Shown here in pieces: positions 25,967 to 34,447 of a stretch of DNA of 64,000 nucleotides. The translations under genes were made by a program, and so were the position numbers. The notes under the pieces were generated by a model, which worked only from the letters and a program-made list of their open reading frames with translations, had not been told where the DNA came from and ran no database searches. Numbering within the stretch: position 1 is the first letter of the stretch; each line of letters opens with the position of its first letter. Source of the DNA: Verrucomicrobiia bacterium. Its GTDB lineage: Bacteria; Patescibacteriota; Saccharimonadia; Saccharimonadales; JAGQNK01. Location: contig DATHJY010000005.1 of assembly GCA_035489575.1 (NCBI GenBank), positions 6,612 to 70,611 of the forward strand, written 5' to 3'.

Positions 25967-26233
25967 ATGAAAACCGTCAGCATCCACGATGCAAAGACCA
26001 ACCTCAGTAAGTACATCGCCGCAGTCAAGCGTGGCGAGGATATTTATATTGGCAGCCACGGCAAACCAGAAGTTAAGCTAGTGGTAGAAGTACCAAAAAA
26101 GCCAAAACGTAAACTTGGCGTCCTGAAGGGACAAATATCCAAAGAATCGCTTACCTACGACAAACATACCGATCCTGAGTGGCAACAAATGGTCGAGGAT
26201 ATGTACAACAAACCCATCGAACCACATGAATAA
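25967..26233 (+). CDS. Phd/YefM-family antitoxin
   Basis: MKTVSIHDAKTNLSKYIAAVKRGEDIYI N-terminal pattern. Overlaps the downstream PIN gene. Confidence 0.8.
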   Translation: MKTVSIHDAKTNLSKYIAAVKRGEDIYIGSHGKPEVKLVVEVPKKPKRKLGVLKGQISKESLTYDKHTDPEWQQMVEDMYNKPIEPHE

Positions 26234-26615
26234 ACTACTCCTTGATACTCATGCACTTGTTTGGCTTGCGGCCGGCGTAAAGCTCGGCCCTCAGACTTTG
26301 CGCCACATAAGCGAGGCAGACGTAGTCCTCGTATCGGCGCTAAGTATCTTTGAGCTTCGCCTAAAAGCCGCAACAGGCAAGTTCCCAGAAGCCGAAGTTA
26401 TCATCTCGAGCATATCGACCATGAGCCTGGAAGTATTGAACTTTACCGAGTGGCATACAGAGGCCTATAAAATATTTAACTCTCTGAATAAGGATCCTTA
26501 CGACAATGCACTTGTCAGCGTTGCTATTGCTGAATCAGTGCCACTCGTCACCGCAGATAGAGTTATCCTGTCATTAAAGATTAAAGGACTGCGAAGTGTC
26601 AGTGCCAGCGCCTAA
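26226..26615 (+). CDS. vapC: PIN-domain toxin (VapC-like)
   Basis: LLLDTHALVWL N-terminal acidic motif. DPYDNALV and TAD motifs. 129 aa. Confidence 0.8.
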   Translation: MNKLLLDTHALVWLAAGVKLGPQTLRHISEADVVLVSALSIFELRLKAATGKFPEAEVIISSISTMSLEVLNFTEWHTEAYKIFNSLNKDPYDNALVSVAIAESVPLVTADRVILSLKIKGLRSVSASA

Positions 26616-27705
26616 AGTTGCCATTGTCTGCGACTGGCTGGTTGGGATTGGTGGTGCCGAGCTGGTGGTGTTGGAAGTACACAAGATGTTCCCCAATGCC
26701 CCTATTTACACCTCACAGTACGACCCCCAAAAGCTGGACTGGTTTGTCGATGCCAATATTCGGACGGGGTGGCTACAAAAGCTGCCTATTGGTCTAAAGA
26801 AATTCCTGCCGGTGCTGCGGGCCTGGTACTTTAGCCACCTGGACCTGAGCGGCTATGACATGGTAGTTAGCATCAATTTTGGCGCAGAGTCCAAGGCCAT
26901 AAAGACCGGACCCAACACCACACACATCTGCTACTGCAATGCCCCTACGCATTATTACTGGAGCCGTTACGAAGACTACATAAAACACCCCGGCTTTGGG
27001 GTATTTGACCCGCTAGCCCGCCTGGGCCTGAAGCTCTTGGTTGGACCCATGCGGCGCTGGGACTTCAAAGCCGCGCAAAGGCCAGACCACATGATCGCCA
27101 ACTCCAGCCACATTCAAAAAGAGATCAAAAAGTACTACCACCGCGACTCCGAGATCATTCACCCACCCGTAGACACCGAGCGCTTTGGCAAGTCCAAATC
27201 CACCCCACGCTCAGGCTTTGTCATTACCGGGCGACACACACCCTACAAAAAAATAGATCTGGCCGTCCAGGCCTGTACCAAGTTGAATCTGCCGCTAACC
27301 GTCATTGGCGATGGCCCCGAGCACCAAAAGCTCGTAGACATGGCAGGACCCACCATCACGTTTGCCGGCCAACTGCCGCATGACGAGGTGCCTACCTACT
27401 TGGCCAGCGCCACAGCCTTTATTTTTCCCAACCTGGATGATTTTGGCATTGCACCGGTAGAGGCCATGGCCGCCGGGACGCCCGTAATTGCCTATAAGGC
27501 CGGCGGTACCTTGGATTACGTGGTGCCGGGCAAGTCCGGCGAGTTCTTTACGCCCCAAACGGCCGAGGCGCTCCAAAAAACATTAGCGCGTTTCAAACCT
27601 ACCAAATATTCATCTGGTGATATAAAAACCCATGCCCGAGCGTTCTCGCAAGTAAACTTTCAAAAAAGTTTGTCAAAATATATAAAAAACGTATTGCAAG
27701 ACTGA
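26596..27705 (+). CDS. glycosyltransferase family 4 (GT-B)
   Basis: C-terminal EX7E-type region DDFGIAPVEAMAAGTPVIAY. 369 aa. Confidence 0.8.
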   Translation: MSVPAPKVAIVCDWLVGIGGAELVVLEVHKMFPNAPIYTSQYDPQKLDWFVDANIRTGWLQKLPIGLKKFLPVLRAWYFSHLDLSGYDMVVSINFGAESKAIKTGPNTTHICYCNAPTHYYWSRYEDYIKHPGFGVFDPLARLGLKLLVGPMRRWDFKAAQRPDHMIANSSHIQKEIKKYYHRDSEIIHPPVDTERFGKSKSTPRSGFVITGRHTPYKKIDLAVQACTKLNLPLTVIGDGPEHQKLVDMAGPTITFAGQLPHDEVPTYLASATAFIFPNLDDFGIAPVEAMAAGTPVIAYKAGGTLDYVVPGKSGEFFTPQTAEALQKTLARFKPTKYSSGDIKTHARAFSQVNFQKSLSKYIKNVLQD

Positions 27706-27720
27706 AATAAAAAGAGCGGA

Positions 27721-27766
27721 GGTGACGGGGATTCTTGTTCTGGGATATACCCAGGAATCCCCGTCA
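27721..27766. terminator. bidirectional hairpin between convergent genes
   Basis: 13-bp stem GTGACGGGGATTC / GAATCCCCGTCAC (27721-27733 / 27754-27766), with the nested CTGGG..CCCAG hairpin inside. Confidence 0.6.
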
Positions 27767-27817
27767 CGCTGCCGCATTTGTCAGTATCGTCCGTCTCGAT
27801 ACTGAGGACTTATCTAC

Positions 27818-29512
27818 TTACGAACCAGCCCCGTGCCCGTGGATCCACTGGGTGGGTGAGTAGAACCCGGTGCCGCTTGAGATTGACACATACCAGTCTC
27901 CGTTTGTCGCAGCGGCATCGAAGAAGATGAAGTCAGCCTTGTCGTCGCCAGTCACGTCGGCCAGGTATTGCTCCGTTGGGTTCAAACCGTGGCCGTGTGC
28001 CCATGCACCGTTGGCAGCAAAGCCCGTACCGGTCGAGAGTGAGGCATCGATATGTCCGACGTCCGCATAGTAGTACGCAGTGTCGGCTTTGCCACCGCCG
28101 TTGATGTCACCAACCATCTTCCTGCCTGATCCCTGCATGTAAGACCACTGGCCAGGAGTACCGAGCGTCGTGCTGCCGGGATATGCCGAGAGCCCGACAT
28201 ACCAGCTTTCGCTGCCTGCCACATAGATCCCAGCATCCGCTTTGCTGTCGCCATTGAAATCGGCAACTGCCTGTGTCGTCGAGTTCACTCCATGCCCAGT
28301 GCGCCACAGTGTGGGCGGCCCAACGAAACCATTGCCATCCGAAAGCGACACTCGCCAATCACCATTGACCGTCCCGTCAAAAGTGATGGCATCGGCCTTG
28401 TCGTCATCGTCGACATCAGCAACCCACTGAGCGACAGTGCCCTGACCCTGGCTGGCTGCCCAATCAGTCGGTGGCCAGAAGCCTGAACTTGACGACAGAC
28501 TTACTGTCCACCTTCCACTCGCCGAGTAGAAAGCCACCAAGTCATCCCAGCCGTCACCATTGACGTCACCGAGCATGTAGCGATCAGCATCCGGTGAGTG
28601 ACCGATTGCCCATGCGCCTTGATTGACAAACGTTGTCGTCTGAGGGTAATCCGAGAGTGCCACATAGGCGTTACCGGGACTCCTATACATCACCACAGCG
28701 TCTGCCTTGCCATCACCGTTCACATCGCCGACGAGGCGAGCATTACCCGATGTACCACTTGTTTGTGTCCCGGGCTGCGTACCGCTACAGGTCTGCCGAA
28801 TCCCGGCATTGTTGGCACCAAGCCACCCAAGTACCGCGCCCTCGGCCAGAGAAGCCCCGGGGTTGCCCCAGCTCTGATAGCAGGCACGATTGTTTGAGTT
28901 CTTCAGCTCGAAGTGAACGTGCGGGCCAGGGTTGCACCCTGCTGTGGCAACCTTGCCCACCACCATGCCATTCGTTGGTGCGGTCGCCGTAGAGGCTGCG
29001 TCGGTCAAGTGAGTGAAGTAGATACTTCCTACGCCCACACTGTCAACGCTCACATTGATGACGCGGGCAACTTGACCCGTGCAAGGCGCGGACCCTGAGC
29101 CCCAGGAGAGGCTCAGCACACCCGAGGGATTGCTGAGCTTCAGCTTGACCTCAGTGCCGGTCCCAGCATACAGATCGGTTGCCCAATCTCCCCAGAGATA
29201 CCCCGTGTCCGCATCGGTTGAGTGCACGGTTGGGTGACTGGAAGTCGAGTCGCTGTAGTTGCCGTTGGCATCCGGGTTAACGTTAGCATTGTATGCCCAC
29301 TTACCCCCAAACAGCATTCCAACCTGGACACTTTCATTGTTGTCGGTGGCAGCAGCCGGCGAAGCCGACTGAACCACGGTGGCAGTTGTGATCCCCAGCG
29401 TTCCAGCCATGAGGGCAAAGAACGCCACCAAAAAACGAAGCACGGGATGCTTCGCCTGTGTCGTCTCGGACAATTCTACCTCTTTCAAGGTTTTGTAGGT
29501 ATGTAAGTACAA
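27818..29512 (-). CDS. secreted M23 (LytM-type) peptidase domain fused to an FG-GAP/VCBS repeat beta-propeller
   Basis: Signal/anchor FLVAFFALMAGTLGITTA. M23 motif NPGPHVHFEL. At least 6 repeats of the type GDVNGDGKADAVVMY / GDVNGDGWDDLVAFY / ADFNGDSKADAGIYV. Confidence 0.75.
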   Translation of the reverse strand: MYLHTYKTLKEVELSETTQAKHPVLRFLVAFFALMAGTLGITTATVVQSASPAAATDNNESVQVGMLFGGKWAYNANVNPDANGNYSDSTSSHPTVHSTDADTGYLWGDWATDLYAGTGTEVKLKLSNPSGVLSLSWGSGSAPCTGQVARVINVSVDSVGVGSIYFTHLTDAASTATAPTNGMVVGKVATAGCNPGPHVHFELKNSNNRACYQSWGNPGASLAEGAVLGWLGANNAGIRQTCSGTQPGTQTSGTSGNARLVGDVNGDGKADAVVMYRSPGNAYVALSDYPQTTTFVNQGAWAIGHSPDADRYMLGDVNGDGWDDLVAFYSASGRWTVSLSSSSGFWPPTDWAASQGQGTVAQWVADVDDDDKADAITFDGTVNGDWRVSLSDGNGFVGPPTLWRTGHGVNSTTQAVADFNGDSKADAGIYVAGSESWYVGLSAYPGSTTLGTPGQWSYMQGSGRKMVGDINGGGKADTAYYYADVGHIDASLSTGTGFAANGAWAHGHGLNPTEQYLADVTGDDKADFIFFDAAATNGDWYVSISSGTGFYSPTQWIHGHGAGS

Positions 29513-29608
29513 GTGCCCGCTACTTAGGGTTCACGGAAGACTCTACCTCCTTTTATGTAAGGGAGCACACTCTAAGATAATTAAAGAGTAAGCGATATAC
29601 AAAGACAA

Positions 29609-30124
29609 CTATTTTATATGATTATGTTTTCTGAAGTCTTTTACGGCAAGCTCGATGAAATTTTCCTGGGACTGCATGAGGTTATCTGGCAGATTGTCGG
29701 CTGGATAGAAGTGGCCGGCCTTGGGTTTGCCAAGCACCTCCACCCAAAATATCTGGGCTTGCTCTACACCGCGCTGACTAGAATGCAAATTACTGCCCAC
29801 ATAATGAGGAAGGGCAACTTCTGTGCCACCCAGCTCTTCCATGATTCGATCAAACGCCTGGTAGTTCCTCTTCGTGCTGTCTGTGGCCCGGATAACCGTG
29901 CCGGGAGTATGCAGCCCAAATGGCCAAACATCACGCTCCAGCAGCAGCACTTCCACACGCCCTTCGCTGGTACGCAGAGGCACAAACTCAATAATAGGCA
30001 AAACCACCAGCCGAGCCACCTCTATAAACACTTCGAATGGCAGAAAGCCAGGATGCAGTTTTTGGAGGAGTTCGACGAGTGTTTGCTTGTCAGCGTCAGT
30101 TAGCACATCCGCGTTAAGCGACAT
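29609..30124 (-). CDS. hypothetical; possible Nudix-fold protein with a degenerate Nudix box (Gmm/NudD-like by context)
   Basis: Last gene of the manC-PMM operon (11-nt overlap). RVEVLLLERDVWPFGLHTPGTVIRA...FDRIMEELGG parallels the Gmm layout, but the catalytic glutamates are not evident. Confidence 0.4.
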   Translation of the reverse strand: MSLNADVLTDADKQTLVELLQKLHPGFLPFEVFIEVARLVVLPIIEFVPLRTSEGRVEVLLLERDVWPFGLHTPGTVIRATDSTKRNYQAFDRIMEELGGTEVALPHYVGSNLHSSQRGVEQAQIFWVEVLGKPKAGHFYPADNLPDNLMQSQENFIELAVKDFRKHNHIK

Positions 30125-30887
30125 GCACTAGTACCCCTATCGCCAATGCGGTGTCTTGCCACCGTGATACTTCCAGAGAGTCAATTCCCATAGCTTTCAC
30201 CGGGTAGTCGTTGCCGCCCTCTTGCAAACGATCGCCCAAAAACAAAATGTCGTCTTTGGAGATATCCAGCACACCCATGAGTTTTTTCATGCCATAGGCT
30301 TTGTCTATGCCCAATTTCGTAACGTCTATAGAGGTAACGCCACCAACGCGGACCTCAAAATCTGGGATCAAAGGGGCCACATAGTCTCGTACTTTTTGTT
30401 TCTTGGAATTATCAGGATCCCATTCTTCTTTGCGACGTACGCCTTCTTTACCAAGTTCGTCCACAATGTCTTGTCCCAAAACCGAAAAGGTTACCTGGCT
30501 ACCACGATCTTCAACGGTTTCGCCGTAAACTTCTTTTTCGCGCAGGCCCAGGTCATCAAAACCTTTGTTGAGTGCAGCAATAATCTTTTTCTTTTCTGAT
30601 TCGGTAAAGTCTTCGGCATAAACCTGCTCCCACTCACCCCTACCAGCGTCAAAGTGATAGTACCGGGTGCCGCAGGTGGGCATGAGGTGTAGTTTCTCTA
30701 GCTTGTCTGGCGCAACCTTTAGGTTGGACAACAGTTGCTTTTCGAACTGGCCAAATTTACCGCCAGAGATAACGCATACATGAAACTTCTCGAGTAGTTG
30801 GCCGAGTAGTTCGCTGACCCGGTCTTCTACGGGCGATTTGCTGTCTGCTAAGGTACCGTCCAGGTCGAACGCAATTGCTTTCTTCAT
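30114..30887 (-). CDS. HAD-IIB hydrolase, eukaryotic-type phosphomannomutase-like
   Basis: Motif I AFDLDGTLA. Motif IV GDRLQEGGNDYP. Lies directly downstream of manC. Confidence 0.7.
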   Translation of the reverse strand: MKKAIAFDLDGTLADSKSPVEDRVSELLGQLLEKFHVCVISGGKFGQFEKQLLSNLKVAPDKLEKLHLMPTCGTRYYHFDAGRGEWEQVYAEDFTESEKKKIIAALNKGFDDLGLREKEVYGETVEDRGSQVTFSVLGQDIVDELGKEGVRRKEEWDPDNSKKQKVRDYVAPLIPDFEVRVGGVTSIDVTKLGIDKAYGMKKLMGVLDISKDDILFLGDRLQEGGNDYPVKAMGIDSLEVSRWQDTALAIGVLVHVA

Positions 30888-30897
30888 AGATACTCCG

Positions 30898-31938
30898 TTA
30901 CTTCTTGCTGATTCGCTTACTTACTTCACCGATTTTTTGGGCCTGATCCTTGCGGGCCACCAATATACCGTCTTTGGTGTTTATGACCACTACGTTATCT
31001 AGTCCCACGACAGCCACCGGCTTTTCTTCGAAGTTCTGAACAAAAGAGTTTTCTACCCCCTCTAGTTCTACGCCCGGCCCAAAGATATGGTTGCCTTGTT
31101 CGTTGCTGACCACCGCCTTGTGCAAGTCGCTATATGACCCCAGGTCCATCCAATCAAAGGCCGCAGGTACTACTAGCAGATCGTCCAGGTGCTCCATGAG
31201 CGCGTAGTCGATAGTGTCGTTCTTGAACGACAGGTAGATCTCTGCGTATTCTTCGGGATTTTTGGCAGCCAACAGCTTTTGGTAATTCTCGAGCATACCA
31301 GGGGCGTGCTTTTTCATCTTGTCCTGGAACGTCTCGAGCGATCCTATAAAGTAGCTGCAGTTCCATAGATAGTTTCCGCTCTGGACATACTGCTGGGCAA
31401 CTGCGTATTCTGGCTTTTCCTTGAAGGAGTGCACGTCAAACACGACAGCCTCTGCGTCATACAGCCCGTCCTTCTGAATATAACCAAAGCCTGTTGCGGG
31501 ATGATCAGGCTCAACCCCCACCAGCACAATTCGCTTGGCCTTCTCAGAGGCCTCGGCGGCAACCTGGAAGCTACTGGCAAACCCATCCGTATCGCGGATG
31601 TAATGGTCGGACGCAATAAAGGCAATTGGCTCATTGGCGTCATGCTTGTCAGTGATATGTGCCAGGGCGGCCACAATACAGTTGGCCGTTCCCCGGCGGC
31701 CCGGCTCCGTTACAAAAGCGTCTTCTGGCAGTTCGCTCAGTTGCTCTTTTACGTGTTCTACATGGCTGATATCCGGTACAACATACACACTATCGGTCAG
31801 CTTCTTGGCCCGATCATAGGTGTGTTGCAGCAGACTCCGCTTGTCGCCGTCGATCTTTAATAAGTGCTTTGGATAGGTCGGCGTAGATAGCGGCCACAGT
31901 CGCGTACCTGATCCGCCGGCGATGATAACAACAATCAT
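30898..31938 (-). CDS. manC: mannose-1-phosphate guanylyltransferase
   Basis: IIAGGSGTRLWPLS nucleotidyltransferase motif. Start moved to ATG 31938 (MIVVIIAGG). Confidence 0.85.
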   Translation of the reverse strand: MIVVIIAGGSGTRLWPLSTPTYPKHLLKIDGDKRSLLQHTYDRAKKLTDSVYVVPDISHVEHVKEQLSELPEDAFVTEPGRRGTANCIVAALAHITDKHDANEPIAFIASDHYIRDTDGFASSFQVAAEASEKAKRIVLVGVEPDHPATGFGYIQKDGLYDAEAVVFDVHSFKEKPEYAVAQQYVQSGNYLWNCSYFIGSLETFQDKMKKHAPGMLENYQKLLAAKNPEEYAEIYLSFKNDTIDYALMEHLDDLLVVPAAFDWMDLGSYSDLHKAVVSNEQGNHIFGPGVELEGVENSFVQNFEEKPVAVVGLDNVVVINTKDGILVARKDQAQKIGEVSKRISKK

Positions 31939-32087
31939 GCAACCATCATAGCAAACCATCGCAAACCCGCTGGCTGTAAAAACCACATTGGTTTAGTAAA
32001 GCTTCTGTAATATATTGAACTGCTTGGTTACTTCTCTTATAGTATAAAGTCCCTTGCCTAGCACAAGCGCAATCTTGAATTCTGCTT

Positions 32088-32696
32088 ATGTTTGTGGTAT
32101 ACTACGTAATGAATAGGACAAAACAAATAATGCAGCAACCCAAGCGAATACGGTTCACCAAAAAATCACTTATCATCGGCGCCGTTCTAGCCCTTGTTAT
32201 CGCCGGTGGCGGAGTATTTGCTTATCAACAGACGCGTCCAGATAACCCCCGCAAGGTTTCCGAAAATCCAGAGAGCACTGCCCAGAATGAAGACGAGATC
32301 AACCTAGACCCAGCTACCGATGAAGAAAAGAAAGAAACCGACCAACACAAAGACGAGCTAGTAAAACAGAACGAACAGCCCCAACCAGGCGGCGGCAACA
32401 AGTCTGTCACCCCCAGTATCGTAGACGCTTCACAGTACGGCCAACAAGTCGAAGTCCGCGCCCTAGTATCTGGCGTATACGAAGAAGGCGGCACCTGCAA
32501 AGCAACCTTTACCAAAAGCGGCCAAACGGTTAGCAAACAATCTGCCGGTTTTAAAGACGCCACCACTACCACCTGCACACCCATGACCATCCCGCGCGCA
32601 GAGTTCCCAAGCGCTGGTGACTGGAGCGTAACCGTAACTTACACCTCTGGCAGCTCCACGGGCACTTCGGCTAGCAAAACTGTGAGGATCCAGTAG
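32088..32696 (+). CDS. hypothetical membrane-anchored secreted protein
   Basis: TM helix LIIGAVLALVIAGGGVFAY. Charged linker, then a beta-rich C-terminus. Start could be ATG 32109. TTGAAC-N17-TATAGT promoter-like boxes lie upstream. Confidence 0.55.
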   Translation: MFVVYYVMNRTKQIMQQPKRIRFTKKSLIIGAVLALVIAGGGVFAYQQTRPDNPRKVSENPESTAQNEDEINLDPATDEEKKETDQHKDELVKQNEQPQPGGGNKSVTPSIVDASQYGQQVEVRALVSGVYEEGGTCKATFTKSGQTVSKQSAGFKDATTTTCTPMTIPRAEFPSAGDWSVTVTYTSGSSTGTSASKTVRIQ

Positions 32697-34444
32697 TGCG
32701 TCGGCAAGCGTTTAGATTCGCGCTTGCCTTGTTGCTTCCTCTATTTATTGTCGCTCCGTATTTTGGCAGCCTGTCTCCCCAGAAGGCCTCGGCACTTGCC
32801 GGCCACGAGTTTCAGTCTGGGCGCATCATAGACGATGGTGTGTTCTTTAACGGCAACGCTCTCTCCCAGCAACAGATCCAAGAATTTATGAATGCCAAGG
32901 TGTCCACCTGTGACACCTGGGGTAGCCAGCCGCGTGGTGGTACCACCCGGGCCGCCCATGGTTCGGCCAACGGAGCACCGCCTCCTTATATATGCCTCAA
33001 GGAATACAGCATGTCTACGCCGTTCAAACCTGCAGATGGTCTGTGCAACGGCCACAACCCGGGCAACAAAGGCAGTGCTCAGATTTTGTACGAGGTCCAA
33101 CAGAGCTGTGGCGTCAGTGCCAAGGCCTTGTTGGTTCTCTTGCAAAAAGAGCAGTCCCTGGTCACCGACGATTGGCCGTGGCCCATCCAGTACCGCAGTG
33201 CCACCGGCTATGGCTGCCCAGATAGCGCTCCTTGTGATTCAGAATATTATGGCTTCTTTAACCAGGTCTATAACGCCGCTCGGCAGTTTAGGCGTTATGC
33301 CCGCGATGCCAGCATGTTCAACTATCGTCGTGACCGCAACAACTTTATCCAGTACAACCCCAACGGCGGTTGTGGCGGTGGCAATGTCTACATACAGAAC
33401 AGTGCAACAGCCGGACTGTACAACTACACACCCTACCAACCCAACTCCGCCGCCTTGAATAACCTATATGGCACTGGCGACGGCTGTAGCGCCTACGGCA
33501 ATCGCAACTTTTGGCGCATGTACAACGACTGGTTTGGTAATACCTTTGGCTTTCCGTTTGCCGCTTCATTCAGGGGTGGTAGTCCACCCGTTGTCGTCAA
33601 ACACGGGCAAAATGCCTCTATGTCCTTTGACTTCCAGAATACTGGGTCGCAGTTCTGGAAAGACGATGCCAGTGCCCTGCCTTATTACCCACGCACTCGA
33701 CTGATGGGAACCTGGCCAATCAACCGCGGCAGCGCCTTTAGCAATGCAACATGGCCAAATCCCAGCCGGCCAGTATCAGTCTTTACGGCTGTCTACGAAA
33801 ACGACGGAACTACTCCGGCTGCCGACCAACACACGGTGTGGCCGGGACAGGTCGGACGCTTCCAGTTCGCCGTTTCCTACCCGGGCTACGGCATCGGTGG
33901 TGGCATTCACCAAGAACACTTCGAACTGGTCCAAGACGGCGCATCTAATTTCTGGGTACCTGGTGGCTATGCCTGGCAGTCAATTGTAACGGCCGAACCA
34001 TTTGCTGCTGGCTTCCGCGGCGTCAGCCCCGAGCCAACCGTACGCCCCGGTATCAACGACACCATGTATTTTGACTTCCAAAACCTCGGGTCGCAGTTCT
34101 GGAAGGACGATGCCAGCGCATTATCCTACTATCCTCGCACTCGACTGATGGGCGCTTGGCCTATCAACCGTAATAGCGCCTTTGTGCATAGTTCGTGGCT
34201 ATCTGCCAGCCGACCAGTAAATGTCTTTAACAAAGTCTACGAAGCCGACGGAGTCACCCTGGCTGCCGACCAACACACTGTATGGCCGGGACAGGTCGGA
34301 CGCTTCCTGATGACCGTACAGCACCCCACCAACGGCACGCCTGTTGGCAAGTACAAAGAACACTTTGAACTAGTTCAAGACGGCGTACCCAACTTCTGGG
34401 TACCTGGTGGCTATGCCTGGCAAGCCGTCAACATCGCCCCTTAG
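32696..34444 (+). CDS. secreted protein with a tandemly duplicated about 149-aa beta-sandwich (NBR1/Ig-like?) C-terminal domain
   Basis: Signal peptide ALALLLPLFIVAPYFGS. Repeats at 33551-33997 and 33998-34441 share the blocks FDFQN.GSQFWKDDASAL.YYPRTRLMG.WPINR and AADQHTVWPGQVGRF and HFELVQDG..NFWVPGGYAWQ. Confidence 0.7.
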   Translation: MRRQAFRFALALLLPLFIVAPYFGSLSPQKASALAGHEFQSGRIIDDGVFFNGNALSQQQIQEFMNAKVSTCDTWGSQPRGGTTRAAHGSANGAPPPYICLKEYSMSTPFKPADGLCNGHNPGNKGSAQILYEVQQSCGVSAKALLVLLQKEQSLVTDDWPWPIQYRSATGYGCPDSAPCDSEYYGFFNQVYNAARQFRRYARDASMFNYRRDRNNFIQYNPNGGCGGGNVYIQNSATAGLYNYTPYQPNSAALNNLYGTGDGCSAYGNRNFWRMYNDWFGNTFGFPFAASFRGGSPPVVVKHGQNASMSFDFQNTGSQFWKDDASALPYYPRTRLMGTWPINRGSAFSNATWPNPSRPVSVFTAVYENDGTTPAADQHTVWPGQVGRFQFAVSYPGYGIGGGIHQEHFELVQDGASNFWVPGGYAWQSIVTAEPFAAGFRGVSPEPTVRPGINDTMYFDFQNLGSQFWKDDASALSYYPRTRLMGAWPINRNSAFVHSSWLSASRPVNVFNKVYEADGVTLAADQHTVWPGQVGRFLMTVQHPTNGTPVGKYKEHFELVQDGVPNFWVPGGYAWQAVNIAP

Positions 34445-34447
34445 TGC

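Noticed and set aside
27870-29506. A cluster of 60-120-aa ORFs on both strands inside the FG-GAP gene region.
   Set aside because: They are alternative or antisense frames of a GC-richer, repeat-containing 564-aa gene with clear M23 and FG-GAP motifs.
33551-34441. Possible diversity-generating retroelement (template/variable repeat pair).
   Set aside because: Differences between the two repeats are not restricted to adenine positions. Both copies are in-frame domains of one protein. No reverse transcriptase gene is present.
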